NCBI GenBank assembly: GCA_018817165.1 | Contig: JAHITY010000061.1 | Coordinates: forward strand, 1,733-65,732 | Source: Candidatus Omnitrophota bacterium | GTDB taxonomy: Bacteria; Omnitrophota; Gorgyraeia; B26-G9 | Length of the DNA: 64,000 bases | Reading direction: 5' to 3' | Part shown: positions 49,529-59,584 of the stretch, piece by piece | Layout of the letters: the number at the start of each line of letters is the position of its first letter | How positions within the stretch are numbered: the first letter of the stretch is position 1 | Program-made: the position numbers and the translations under genes | The notes under the pieces: generated by a model | Seen by the model: only the letters and a program-made list of their open reading frames with translations | Databases searched by the model: none | What the model was told of the DNA's origin: nothing

Positions 49529-50032
49529 CTATTCCATATGATCTAAAATCAGGATACCATTCAAATGATCAATCTCCTGCTGCACAGCCCTGCTGCCCAA
49601 ATTTTTCAAACAGGTAAAAAACGGTTGCTTATTTTCGTCCAAAGCCTTTATTTCAACAATCTGCGCGCGTTTAATTTTTACATATGTACTCGGAACGCTC
49701 AGACAGCCCTCCTCTTCATCCAACTGTCCCTTTTCAGAAATAATCTCAGGATTAATAAATACCCAGATCGGATCTTCATTTTTAGCCACAACTGAATCAT
49801 CCTCAATATCCGGGGCGATATAATCTTTGCGTAAAACAAATACTCGTTTTAAATATCCGATTTGCGGAGCAGCCAGCCCCACTCCATTAGGAGTAGCCAG
49901 CAAAGTATCCTTCAGATCTCGAACGACCTCAGCAAGCTGCGGATCATTATTCTGGACAACAGCTGACTTTGCTTTCAAAATATGCTCTGATTGAGAAATT
50001 GATAGGATCTTTTTAATCGCCATAATTATCAC
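49529..50032 (-). CDS. def: peptide deformylase
   Basis: GVGLAAPQIG and EGCLS motifs. The third motif is the variant QQEIDHLNG, which diverges from the canonical HEhDHxxG. Confidence 0.8.
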   Translation of the reverse strand: MIIMAIKKILSISQSEHILKAKSAVVQNNDPQLAEVVRDLKDTLLATPNGVGLAAPQIGYLKRVFVLRKDYIAPDIEDDSVVAKNEDPIWVFINPEIISEKGQLDEEEGCLSVPSTYVKIKRAQIVEIKALDENKQPFFTCLKNLGSRAVQQEIDHLNGILILDHME

Positions 50033-51285
50033 CCTCCCATTATTTGCTTATTATATTCACTTGATTCCGGTATTCTTAAAAGAAACATAAATCCAGCGAT
50101 TAAAAGCGGGATAAAACATAATAAAGCTACCCGATAGCCCAATGCTTCAAACCGGCTGAATACAAGTAATAGTAAACCCCAAAGGATCGGACCAACTATC
50201 CCCGATAAATAACAGATAAAATTAAACATACCAAAAGCCTCACCCGCTGCTCCCTCCGGCACAATATTAACCACAAACGCTCGGGAAACAACCCAAGTAG
50301 AGCCTAAGCTTATGCCAGCGAGCACAACAATGATCCAATGATAGGGCGGAACCACTAAAGCTGCTACAAATAAGCAAATAGTCCACAAAGAAAATACCCA
50401 GATCATTGTTCGTTTACAGCCAATACGATCACTGATCAGTCCGGAAGAAATACTGCCGATAACGGCAAAAACCGTTCCCAAAATTACAAATTTAAATACA
50501 TCAGCATCATTCAAACCAAATACCCTGTTAACATAAATTGACATAAATAACATGGTTACATTAACTACGCACAAACCGAAAAAAGCTGCTTTTAAAAATT
50601 CACGCAAAGCCGCGTACTCCTCTTTTTGAAAAAGCGTTACATACATCCGCTTAAAAATCTCAACAACCTGCATTTGATTAACACAAATCTTCTTTTGCTG
50701 CTCTAAAGGAATAACTTTGTCCTTAACAAACAACATACACGGAAGAGAAAATAATAAAAATAAAATTCCTGTCCATAAAAAAGATGCTTGATAACCATGC
50801 GCCTGCACAATCGGCTTTGTGCAGATCAATGCGATTATCGCGCCAAAGTAACCAAACATTTTTCCCAAACCGGAAACCAGCCCGACCTTTCCCGGAGAAC
50901 TTATATTTAACATCAAAGCATTATAAAAAATCGTTGCTTCCTGACAGCCGATATTAGCAATCCCGAAAAATACCAATGCGCAAAATACATCATTAGTAAA
51001 ACCCAAAAGTATGGTAAACAATATACACAATAAAGTAAAAAAAATGAGAAAAGGCTTATGTTTACCCCGCACATCAGCAACTGTACCAAAAATCGGGGCA
51101 AGTAAAGCAATAAAAAAAGTAGATACGCCAAAAGCAATGCTGTAAAAAATCTCCGGAGTATGCTTTTCAAGAATCAGCCAACGAACAAAATACAAAGAAA
51201 TGATATTCAAGACAAAAAACTGATTTGCCGTATCATACATGGCCCAAGATATAATCTGACCATTTTTTTTAATCGCTGCGATCAT
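50029..51285 (-). CDS. MFS transporter
   Basis: 12 TM helices. 418 aa. AAGGAAG SD. Confidence 0.75.
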   Translation of the reverse strand: MIAAIKKNGQIISWAMYDTANQFFVLNIISLYFVRWLILEKHTPEIFYSIAFGVSTFFIALLAPIFGTVADVRGKHKPFLIFFTLLCILFTILLGFTNDVFCALVFFGIANIGCQEATIFYNALMLNISSPGKVGLVSGLGKMFGYFGAIIALICTKPIVQAHGYQASFLWTGILFLLFSLPCMLFVKDKVIPLEQQKKICVNQMQVVEIFKRMYVTLFQKEEYAALREFLKAAFFGLCVVNVTMLFMSIYVNRVFGLNDADVFKFVILGTVFAVIGSISSGLISDRIGCKRTMIWVFSLWTICLFVAALVVPPYHWIIVVLAGISLGSTWVVSRAFVVNIVPEGAAGEAFGMFNFICYLSGIVGPILWGLLLLVFSRFEALGYRVALLCFIPLLIAGFMFLLRIPESSEYNKQIMGG

Positions 51286-51504
51286 AACTCTTCCTTATAT
51301 TCAATAAATTCCAGAAAAATTAAGCTTATAAAACTGTGTTCATAGTATAATATAGTCTATGAATTATGTCTCTATTTTTTTAATTTCAGATATAATTGGA
51401 CAATCTGGTGGCTGATCCTCCTTCGCCAAGGCTTCGGAGGACAGGTGGCTAATGGTCGATAGCTTATAGAAAAAGCAGAATACAGAAAAAAGACACAAGG
51501 TTGC

Positions 51505-51534
51505 AAAGTAGGGGCCGCGCTTGCCCCGGCCCGT
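51505..51534 (+). repeat. REP-like hairpin with GTAGGGG head (GTAGGGG-ccgcg-cttgc-cccggccc-GTA)
   Basis: Same head and loop (cttgc) architecture as the REPs flanking the RAYT at 63.5-63.9 kb. Confidence 0.5.
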
Positions 51535-51563
51535 AATAATAGACAAGGTGAAATCATTAATAA

Positions 51564-51593
51564 GCGGGCGCAGGCAAGCAGCGCCCCTACAAT
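51564..51593 (-). repeat. REP-like hairpin, inverted relative to 51505-51534 (minus strand reads attGTAGGGGcgctgcttgcctgcgcccgc)
   Basis: Together with the upstream REP it forms an inverted REP pair. It is embedded in a 360-bp GC-rich island. Confidence 0.5.
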
Positions 51594-51871
51594 AAAGGGT
51601 AGGAATAATTATTTAGGCGGGTTTGAATCCTGATTTTGATAGGACTGGCAAAATCAGAGATTCATCCTCGGAGTCCCGCACGATGCGGGACGAGAATGAG
51701 CCAAAATGATTGATTCCGGACCGAGTGATAAGCCGATTTTGTTTTCAGTATTGCGTATTGAGTATTGCGTGTGAAAAGCAGGAAAAAGTTAACGTATTTA
51801 CGCGTTGAAAAGTATTTTATTTTTAACTCATGCACGCGCTAACGCGCAAACTGGTTAACGGGTCATTCGTT

Positions 51872-52303
51872 TTATTGGAACCTAAGGCCTTTTACAACGT
51901 AGCGGTTGTTCTGCTTGGTAAGAAAAAGTTTTATCAGAACATCATCCTGTGTTTTATCAAAAGTCGCTTTCCAAAGCACAACAACAAGATCGTCTTTATG
52001 CAAACTGCCCATATATTCCCGATACATATAATTACCCACTGTCTGCTTAAGATATCGCGCAACTTGAAAAAATTTTGTTCTAGATCCCAGAACCTTTAAA
52101 GGTTGATCAAAATCCTTGGAATAAGCCATATAATTTTCCAACTGAACTCCTTTTAAGATATTATCCATGATCGGATCAGCTACTTCTTTCATTTCCTGGT
52201 TTGTCTTATTTCTCGGAGCAGCCTGAACATCTGAAGAATATATCGTTGGAGCTAGCAAAGTAAATAAAAACGTTATAACCATCAAGCTTCTTAAGTATTT
52301 CAT
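51872..52303 (-). CDS. hypothetical secreted protein
   Basis: Signal peptide MKYLRSLMVITFLFTLLAPTIYS. Confidence 0.45.
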   Translation of the reverse strand: MKYLRSLMVITFLFTLLAPTIYSSDVQAAPRNKTNQEMKEVADPIMDNILKGVQLENYMAYSKDFDQPLKVLGSRTKFFQVARYLKQTVGNYMYREYMGSLHKDDLVVVLWKATFDKTQDDVLIKLFLTKQNNRYVVKGLRFQ

Positions 52304-52554
52304 CTTCTACTCCTTTTCATATTTCTATATAAAAAAATATTATACTTCCCCTAATTAATATTATACCCTAAAAAAAAATTTTATCCAGCTTCTAGATATG
52401 TTAATCATCCAACCCATAAACAATAAAACCATTGAATTTGGTTCTAACATAGCCTGTGATATACGCTAAATCCTCAAATATTAAAAAGATGTTCAAGTAT
52501 ATCATACAACCCTGCTTTTGCAAGAGACAGGAGCTTAAACCACAAATCGCGCCT

Positions 52555-52680
52555 TTAAAAGGTTAAGGTTACGATGCCCGTTTCGTCTTAGGGTAAAGTT
52601 ATCGGCTTAAAATTTATTCTTTTTAACCCTAACCGTTAACGTTACCGATACGGGCTTCGTTACCGCTAAACCCTACCTAT
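52555..52680. repeat. dispersed ~125-bp palindromic element, copy A
   Basis: GGTTACGATGCCCGTTTCGTCTTAGGGTAAAG ... CGTTACCGATACGGGCTTCGTTACCG. The arms are mutually complementary. It is near-identical to copy B at 55881-56010. Confidence 0.55.
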
Positions 52681-52711
52681 CTGTTTTCTGCCAACCCTTT
52701 TAAAGATAATA

Positions 52712-54790
52712 CTATTCCGCTATCGACTGTATTGCTTTTTCGATCTTTTTCTCAATGCCTCTTTCCAAAAATCCCGGCAGGATTTTCTTGATTTTATCTT
52801 TAAAATCTGACTCTAACCATTTAAAATTAGGCGATTTATATAATCCAGACAATTGGAAGGCAAAGTTTACAGCAGTTGTATCATTGCGCATTAAGCCCAG
52901 TAAAAGCTGAAATTTTGATGACTGACTGAGTAAATCCCGGGCAATGCTTATTGAAAGCTGACTAGAAAGCATTTCATTGTTTTTTAAAATAAAATTTCCG
53001 GCTAAATTAATTTTTTCGCTGGATAAATCAATCTGTTCAAGCATGGCCATCTGATCAGTTATCATAAACTTAGAAGAAAGATTAGCAAAATCAACTCTAG
53101 TTAAAGCCGGTATATTAAAAAATTCCGACAGCCAGACAAAAAAACGAACATTTTCCAAAAACCCATTTTTAATTTCTAAATGTCCTTGCATCTGAGCTTG
53201 GGGATAACTATTATAAACAAGATCACAGGCAAATTTACCATCGATCTTTCCTGTCAGCTTAGCCTGAAGCTTACGATAAGCGCCAAACAAAGACAACAGC
53301 ACTGTTTCCATTTCATTAGCGCTGACATCTTCAACTTTTAACTCACACCTTGTCTTTATCGGCCTATCTGAAACATCCAAAGACACGTTACCCTCTAATT
53401 TCCCGCCATAGATATCACTATTAAATGCCGCAACCTTTAAATCTTTATTCCTTAAATCAAACAATAAATCAAAATTACTCAGAGCAAAGTCATATATTTT
53501 ATCAGCTTTATACTGCAAAATTATTTGTTTGACAAAAAGCTTAATTCGCTGATCAGGCGTCAAACCAAAGCTGGCATTATTAAATAAAGCTTTAACGATT
53601 TGTACAGAGTAGTTATTATTAGTACCCTTTAAGAATCCTATATTCATTTTCCCGTCTAAATTCCCTTTATCCACTATACAGGAAAAATCCAGATCAAGAC
53701 TTTGCGGATTATTTTTTCTTAAACTCACCGCTTGTTGGGCAAATGTTGACAAACTCAGATTAAATGCTGTTTTTTCCAGGAAATCAATATCTCCCTTTAT
53801 TTTTACCGGGATATTATTTATAACCAAAGTAGCTTGTTCTAAATTAATTTTTTTAGACGCAAACCGAACAATACAATTAATATCAAGCATATTTAAACTT
53901 GTGGGAGAAACATTGACTTTCTGCGGAATACGTTTATAGACTAAAAGATTTCTAATATATTTTATCTGCTCATTTTCTTTATTTATCGAATATTCCTGCT
54001 TATAAAAATCCTCTATAGTGGAAAATCCGCTTAAACTCAAAACACTGGCCTCCAAACTCCCTCTTAAATCAAGCTGAAACTTACCGCTGGAAAAATTAAG
54101 AGTATCGATCGAGAATCCCTTAGGAGTAATTCTTCCAAAAAAATCATACTTTACCGGCTGCTCAAAAACATTATCAGTTTGCTTTTCTTGCCCCAATGCC
54201 CGACTAAGCATCCGTAGGTTAATATCGCCATAGCTTACAATTTTAAATCCCGGACCGATTTTAAGTTTTGTATTGGCAATAATTGCCCGAGAAGCGATTC
54301 CCTTTCTTTCCAGGATATACTGCGAATCCTCCATAACGATTTTCAGCGGCCGGCCCTGAGCCAACAAATTAATTAATTCCACAATACCCTCAATGCTTTC
54401 TTTTAAAAATAGCGGGTATTCAAAAAAATCGATTTTAGGCTGGACTAAATAAATTTTAGAAATAATCAGCTGCTTTTTGGCAATAATTTCCTTTAAAGAA
54501 AATACCAGGGTTATTCTTTTAATCGCCAGGGGAAAATATTCTGAATTATGAACACTATCGTGCACAGCAACATCTTTGAGAATAATAAAGAAAGGCGGCA
54601 AATAATTGATCCTGCCGATTGTCGCAGGCTTATTTAAATATCCGCTTATTTGCTCCTCTATCTTAGACTTGTTAGCCATAAGCGCTGTTTTCACAACAAA
54701 GGAGACTAAAACAAAAAACAGAATTAATAAGGTAATTAAACCCAGCACCAGAACTGGTTTAGAAATAGACTGTTTCAAACAATGCCTCAT
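52712..54790 (-). CDS. AsmA-family protein
   Basis: N-terminal TM anchor. A 692-aa periplasmic beta-rich protein with AsmA-like N and C regions. Confidence 0.55.
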   Translation of the reverse strand: MRHCLKQSISKPVLVLGLITLLILFFVLVSFVVKTALMANKSKIEEQISGYLNKPATIGRINYLPPFFIILKDVAVHDSVHNSEYFPLAIKRITLVFSLKEIIAKKQLIISKIYLVQPKIDFFEYPLFLKESIEGIVELINLLAQGRPLKIVMEDSQYILERKGIASRAIIANTKLKIGPGFKIVSYGDINLRMLSRALGQEKQTDNVFEQPVKYDFFGRITPKGFSIDTLNFSSGKFQLDLRGSLEASVLSLSGFSTIEDFYKQEYSINKENEQIKYIRNLLVYKRIPQKVNVSPTSLNMLDINCIVRFASKKINLEQATLVINNIPVKIKGDIDFLEKTAFNLSLSTFAQQAVSLRKNNPQSLDLDFSCIVDKGNLDGKMNIGFLKGTNNNYSVQIVKALFNNASFGLTPDQRIKLFVKQIILQYKADKIYDFALSNFDLLFDLRNKDLKVAAFNSDIYGGKLEGNVSLDVSDRPIKTRCELKVEDVSANEMETVLLSLFGAYRKLQAKLTGKIDGKFACDLVYNSYPQAQMQGHLEIKNGFLENVRFFVWLSEFFNIPALTRVDFANLSSKFMITDQMAMLEQIDLSSEKINLAGNFILKNNEMLSSQLSISIARDLLSQSSKFQLLLGLMRNDTTAVNFAFQLSGLYKSPNFKWLESDFKDKIKKILPGFLERGIEKKIEKAIQSIAE

Positions 54791-55283
54791 TAATATAAAC
54801 TTCCAAGCGATCTATAAAATATACAGCTTTATATTTTAAGCCCATGGGAGAATTATATGGATACTCTTTATATTCACTAAACAAAAGACTCAGTTGTTTA
54901 AAAGTAATCACCTTCTTTTTTAAGTCATATTCACTGCCCTGTGCTTGCATTTGTTCCATCTTTAAAAGATAAACCACCGCAAACGGCAAAGCATCTGAGC
55001 GGGGATAAAGCTCGACAAATTTAGAAAAAGATGTATAGGCATCAAAATAATTAGCGGAAGCAAAATAATACTCCCCGGTCGCGAATAAAGCATCATGATA
55101 ATATGGCGAGCTTATTGATAAGCGCAGCAAAGAATGGAACTGCATAAAACCAAAATCTCTTTCGCCTACTTTAATTGACTGTTTAGCGCTATTAAATAGC
55201 TCCGCGTCTTCCTGGGCATAACCAGACATTGGCCCTAGAATCATACTACTAGCCAAAATTAATAATAAAAAGTTTTTCTGCAT
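54759..55283 (-). CDS. hypothetical secreted protein, TPR-like
   Basis: Signal peptide. Tyr/Phe-rich helical repeats. Confidence 0.4.
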   Translation of the reverse strand: MQKNFLLLILASSMILGPMSGYAQEDAELFNSAKQSIKVGERDFGFMQFHSLLRLSISSPYYHDALFATGEYYFASANYFDAYTSFSKFVELYPRSDALPFAVVYLLKMEQMQAQGSEYDLKKKVITFKQLSLLFSEYKEYPYNSPMGLKYKAVYFIDRLEVYINEALFETVYF

Positions 55284-55372
55284 CCCTTCCCCCCCCTTTA
55301 TTCTTGCGCTTATCTTTAAATATTATTATAACAAACCAAAAAACAGATTAAAAGCATTTTCCCGAAATTACG

Positions 55373-55412
55373 AAAAAAAGCCAACTCTTTTTATCTGAGC
55401 AAGAGCTGGCCT
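55373..55412 (-). terminator. intrinsic terminator after the orphan receiver gene
   Basis: Minus strand: gccagctctt-gctcagataa-aaagagttggc followed by T7. Confidence 0.5.
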
Positions 55413-55438
55413 TTTAAAGTTTAAACTTATCAAACTGC

Positions 55439-55852
55439 TTATTTTTTAATATTTTCTGCTATTACCTTTAATAAAGCTTCCGGATTAATCGGCTTTTCGA
55501 TAACCGCTCTAACCGGCAGCCACTCATCATCTGGTTTAAAATCATAGGCCAGATGCATATCATTTTTAATTCCCGTGACCATAATAACCGGAATATTTTT
55601 TGTCTTCTCGTCATCTTTAAATATTCTTGCCGTATCAAACCCTTCCGTTTTATTAGTCATCATAACATCAAGTAAGATCAAGTCAGGCATTTGCTCTTGC
55701 GCAATAGTAAAACCTTCTTTACCGTTTGGCGCGGTTAAAACTTCAAAACCCTTTGACATGAGCATTGTAGAGACTGCATCCCTAAAATCACCATCATCAT
55801 CAATGATCAATAGCTTTCCTGCCATAATCCCCTCCTTTATTTGAACTATCAC
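55439..55852 (-). CDS. single-domain response regulator receiver (CheY-like)
   Basis: LLIIDDD, DLILLDVMM and KTEG motifs. Probable true start at MAGKLL (55825). It is a paralog of the receiver domain fused to hndA. Confidence 0.75.
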   Translation of the reverse strand: MIVQIKEGIMAGKLLIIDDDGDFRDAVSTMLMSKGFEVLTAPNGKEGFTIAQEQMPDLILLDVMMTNKTEGFDTARIFKDDEKTKNIPVIMVTGIKNDMHLAYDFKPDDEWLPVRAVIEKPINPEALLKVIAENIKK

Positions 55853-55880
55853 AAAATCAAGTTTACAGTTATAGCTTTAA

Positions 55881-56010
55881 GCGGTTACGGACAGGGTTAC
55901 GATGCCCGTTTCGTCTTACGGTAAAGGCTGTGGTCTTAAAATTTATTGTTCTAAGCCTAAACCGTTGAACGTTACCGATACGGGTTTCGTTACCGTTAAA
56001 CCTTACCGAG
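55881..56010. repeat. dispersed ~125-bp palindromic element, copy B
   Basis: Aligns over essentially its full length with copy A, with a few substitutions. It sits between the hndD stop and the orphan receiver gene. Confidence 0.55.
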
Positions 56011-56085
56011 TGTCAACATATCTCCAATTAATAAACAATCTTGATTATAAACTTTTTATCAGATTATTGCAAGCCCAACTGCTGT

Positions 56086-57831
56086 TTATTTTTTATACAT
56101 TGGTTTTGGCGTATATCTTGTATGTAATAGTTTATGCGATTTTTCTCCTAAAGGTTTACCTAAAAACTCCTCATATAATTTGCAAACAAAAGGATTTTCA
56201 TGTGAACTGCGGATTTTAGTATCAGCATCTTCCTGATACAATCCTTGCGCTCTTTTAATCCGCAGCTTATCAGTTACCCCATAAGGTTGCCCACCGCCGC
56301 CAACACATCCGCCCGGACAAGCCATGACTTCAATAAAATGGTATGGCATCTCAGTTTTATCAGCAATTGCTTTTTCCACTTTCTTTAATACATACTCGAC
56401 ATTCCCAATACCGTGAGCAACCGCGACCTTTACTTTTGTGCCTTCAATATCAACTTCCGTTTCCTTCACACCTTCTAATCCGCGGACACTATTAAAATCC
56501 AGCTTAGCCAGTTTTTTATTAGTGACCAAACTATACGCGGTTCTAAGCGCTGCTTCCATTACTCCTCCGGTAGCGCCAAAAATTACCCCGGCTCCGGTAT
56601 AATCTCCCAGGATATGATCAGGCTGCTCATCAGATAAATTAGCAAAATCAATCCCTGCCTGCTTGATCATCCGGGCCAACTCCCTGGTCGTTAATACAAT
56701 ATCAATATCCTGATGCCCTGAAGCAAACATTTGCTCACTTCTGCTAACTTCATATTTTTTCGCGGTACAAGGCATAATTGAAATCATTTCTATTTTTGCC
56801 GGATCAATCTTATTCTTTTGAGCATAATAAGTTTTAGACAATACGCCCACCATCGCATGCGGAGATTTAGCCGTAGAAAAATACTCAATCATATCCGGAT
56901 AAAATCTTTCCATATAATCTACCCATGAAGGACAGCAAGAGGTAATCAAAGGCAGCACTCCCTTTTTATGGACAAAACGTTCGACAAATTCAGAGGCTTC
57001 TTCAACAATGGTTAAATCCGCCCCAAAAGTTGTATCAAATACCGCTTTGAAACCGAGCATTCTTAAAGCAGCATATAATTTACCGGTTAAATTTGTGCCC
57101 ACAGGAAAACCAAACGCCTCTCCGATCGCGACTCTTACTGCCGGCGCGATCTGAACCACGCAAAACTTATCGGGATTATACAAAGACTGCCAAGCTCGAT
57201 GAGTTTGATCATACTCGAAGATTGCCCCAGTCGGGCAATGCGCTGAACACTGCCCACACTTAATACACGGACTATCCGCCAAATTAATATCCCCGGCTGC
57301 TGAAATTCGGGTATTCATCCCTCTTTCTAAAAAAGATAAAGCCCAAACGTCCTGCAAATCCTGACAAACCTGAACACAACGTCCGCATAAAATACATTTT
57401 TCCGGGACCAAAGATATTGTTTTTGTAGAATCGTCTTCCGGTAAGTTTCTTAAATGATGCTTAAACGGAAATTCTCTTATTCCAAAATCACCTGCCAACT
57501 TCTGTAGCTCGCAATTATTATTTCTCCCGCACTGCAGACAATCATTAGGATGATTCGACAAAATTAATTCAATAACAGTTCTACGTGTTTCTTGCAATTC
57601 CTGATCATGCGTGATAATGTCCATGCCTTCATCCAAAGGAGTGCAGCATGAGCGCATCATTTTATTCGTACCCTTAATTTTGACAATACATATGCCGCAT
57701 GCTCCAGTCGCATGCAAATCAGGATGCTTACAAAGAGTAGGTATATTCACATTAATCAGTTTAGCGGCATCCAAAATAGTACTGCCTTTTTTTACCTGTA
57801 CATCGACATTATTAATTTTTGCTTTTATCAT
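56086..57831 (-). CDS. hydA: [FeFe]-hydrogenase catalytic subunit (HndD/HydA type, NuoG-like N-terminus)
   Basis: N-terminal 2Fe-2S fold, a His-ligated cluster, two 4Fe-4S clusters, and the H-cluster motifs TSCCPSW, MPCTAKKYE and MACPGGCVGGGGQP. Confidence 0.85.
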   Translation of the reverse strand: MIKAKINNVDVQVKKGSTILDAAKLINVNIPTLCKHPDLHATGACGICIVKIKGTNKMMRSCCTPLDEGMDIITHDQELQETRRTVIELILSNHPNDCLQCGRNNNCELQKLAGDFGIREFPFKHHLRNLPEDDSTKTISLVPEKCILCGRCVQVCQDLQDVWALSFLERGMNTRISAAGDINLADSPCIKCGQCSAHCPTGAIFEYDQTHRAWQSLYNPDKFCVVQIAPAVRVAIGEAFGFPVGTNLTGKLYAALRMLGFKAVFDTTFGADLTIVEEASEFVERFVHKKGVLPLITSCCPSWVDYMERFYPDMIEYFSTAKSPHAMVGVLSKTYYAQKNKIDPAKIEMISIMPCTAKKYEVSRSEQMFASGHQDIDIVLTTRELARMIKQAGIDFANLSDEQPDHILGDYTGAGVIFGATGGVMEAALRTAYSLVTNKKLAKLDFNSVRGLEGVKETEVDIEGTKVKVAVAHGIGNVEYVLKKVEKAIADKTEMPYHFIEVMACPGGCVGGGGQPYGVTDKLRIKRAQGLYQEDADTKIRSSHENPFVCKLYEEFLGKPLGEKSHKLLHTRYTPKPMYKK

Positions 57832-57834
57832 GGC

Positions 57835-59583
57835 TTACTCCCGTATTACCGCGTCAAATTTACACACATCAAAACATTTACCGCATTTGATACATAGTTC
57901 TTGGTTAATAATATATTCCTTATTTTCATTCTTCGGTATCGCATTTACCGGACAGTCTCTCGAACACATCCCGCAGCTTACACATTTTTCTTTAGAAATC
58001 ACAAAGCGCAATAAATCAGTACATTTTTTCGCAGCACAGCGATGATCATTAATATGCTGATCATATTCAACGCGAAAATATTTCAAGGTGGAAAGAATCG
58101 GATTTGGCGCTGTTTGACCCAATCCGCACAAAGAAGCTTTTTTAACCGAATTACAGATATTTTCCAGTTTTAGCAGATCGCCCTGACTGGCTTTTCCACG
58201 AGAAATATCCTTAAGATAGTTTAACATCTGAAAACCGCCGATTCGGCAAGGCGCGCATTTACCACATGATTCATCAACACAAAAACGCAGATAAAACTTG
58301 GCAATATCCACCATGCAATCATCTTCATCCAGAACGATCATTCCGCCTGAACCCATAATTGAACCGAGCTTTTGAAGATTTTCATAATCAACCGGAGTAT
58401 CGAGAAATTCCTTGGGAATTACCCCGCCCGATGGACCGCCGGTTTGAACAGCTTTTAATTTTTTATCTTCAAATACGCCGCCGCCGATTTCATAAACAAT
58501 CTCACGGATTGTAATCCCCATCGGCACTTCAATTAAGCCGGAATTTTTAACCTTACCGGTCAAAGCAAATACCTTAGTCCCCTTAGAAGTCGCGCTGCCG
58601 ATAGCAGCAAACCATTTCGCCCCTTTTAATAATATCACCGCGATATTCGCCAATGTTTCCACATTATTAATAACTGTTGGCTTTCCCCATAATCCTTTGA
58701 TTGAAGGATACGGCGGACGAGGAGTCGGACAACCTCTTTTACCTTCGATTGAAGCAATCAAAGCCGTCTCTTCACCACAAACAAAAGCGCCCGCTCCCAA
58801 ACGGATATCCAAATCAAAATTAAAATCACTGCCCAGAATATTTTCACCTAAAAGGCCATATTCCCGCGCTTGCTCAATTGCTTTCTGAACTCTTTCAATT
58901 GCCAATGGATATTCCGCGCGAATATAAAAATAGCCTTTATCCGCTCCGATAGCAAAGCCGCCGATAATCATACCTTCAATAACTGAATGCGGATCGCCTT
59001 CTAAAACACTCCGATCCATGTACGCTCCGGGATCACCTTCATCCGCGTTACAGATTATATATTTCTGATCAGCCTCAGTACGCCGCGCGAAATTCCATTT
59101 AGTTGCCGTAGGAAAACCTCCGCCGCCTCTGCCCCTTAAGCCGCTTATTTTCAGCTGCGCGATAACCTCTTCCGGAGAAGAATCAAAGATCACCCTTGAT
59201 AATGCTTGATAACCATCTAGAGCAATATAATCATCAATGTTTTCCGGATCAATTATCCCGCAATTACGTAAAACAATTTTTAACTGCTTGGGATTATCCT
59301 CGAGTACCGACTCTTTAAGCGTTTTATTTTTCTTAATCACTTCACTAACAAGCTCAGCAATCGCGGTTTCATCGCTAATTTTATAGATAATATTTTCCGG
59401 TAAAATTTTTACAATAACTCCCTGACCATAAATACCCAGTTCAGCAACCCGGATAACCTGTACTTGTCCGTCTAGCTTTTCTTCGGACAAAACGCTAGTG
59501 ATCATATCCGCGTAATCAGCCTCACGCTGCTTTCCATCAGTATCACAGACCAATATTATTTTTTTATCATTTTTTCCGCTCAT
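57835..59583 (-). CDS. NuoF-like NADH-binding flavoprotein subunit of bifurcating hydrogenase (HndC/HydB)
   Basis: GLRGRGGGGFPT FMN/NADH site, a 4Fe-4S CGKCAPCR, and two C-terminal ferredoxin clusters. Confidence 0.85.
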   Translation of the reverse strand: MSGKNDKKIILVCDTDGKQREADYADMITSVLSEEKLDGQVQVIRVAELGIYGQGVIVKILPENIIYKISDETAIAELVSEVIKKNKTLKESVLEDNPKQLKIVLRNCGIIDPENIDDYIALDGYQALSRVIFDSSPEEVIAQLKISGLRGRGGGGFPTATKWNFARRTEADQKYIICNADEGDPGAYMDRSVLEGDPHSVIEGMIIGGFAIGADKGYFYIRAEYPLAIERVQKAIEQAREYGLLGENILGSDFNFDLDIRLGAGAFVCGEETALIASIEGKRGCPTPRPPYPSIKGLWGKPTVINNVETLANIAVILLKGAKWFAAIGSATSKGTKVFALTGKVKNSGLIEVPMGITIREIVYEIGGGVFEDKKLKAVQTGGPSGGVIPKEFLDTPVDYENLQKLGSIMGSGGMIVLDEDDCMVDIAKFYLRFCVDESCGKCAPCRIGGFQMLNYLKDISRGKASQGDLLKLENICNSVKKASLCGLGQTAPNPILSTLKYFRVEYDQHINDHRCAAKKCTDLLRFVISKEKCVSCGMCSRDCPVNAIPKNENKEYIINQELCIKCGKCFDVCKFDAVIRE

Positions 59584-59584
59584 C

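Noticed and set aside
50913-51170. 85-aa minus-strand ORF
   Set aside because: An alternative frame inside the MFS transporter gene.
51400-51760. Possible RNase P RNA, cobalamin or glycine riboswitch, SRP RNA or tmRNA in the GC-rich island. AGGTGAAA followed by GCGGGCGCAGGCAAGCAGCGCCC resembles RNase P CR-II. CGGCTTATC on the minus strand resembles CR-IV. GGTTTGAATCC resembles a T-loop.
   Set aside because: No GGAAAGTCCGGGC (CR-I). No proper P4 partner. No ACCA end. No B12 box. The supposed CR-II hairpin is an inverted copy of the GTAGGGG-headed REP found at 51505 and around the RAYT. The island is better explained as a REP cluster.
57611-58045. 144-aa plus-strand ORF, with 57712-57897
   Set aside because: Antisense to hndC/hndD, whose Fe-S and FMN motifs are unambiguous on the minus strand.
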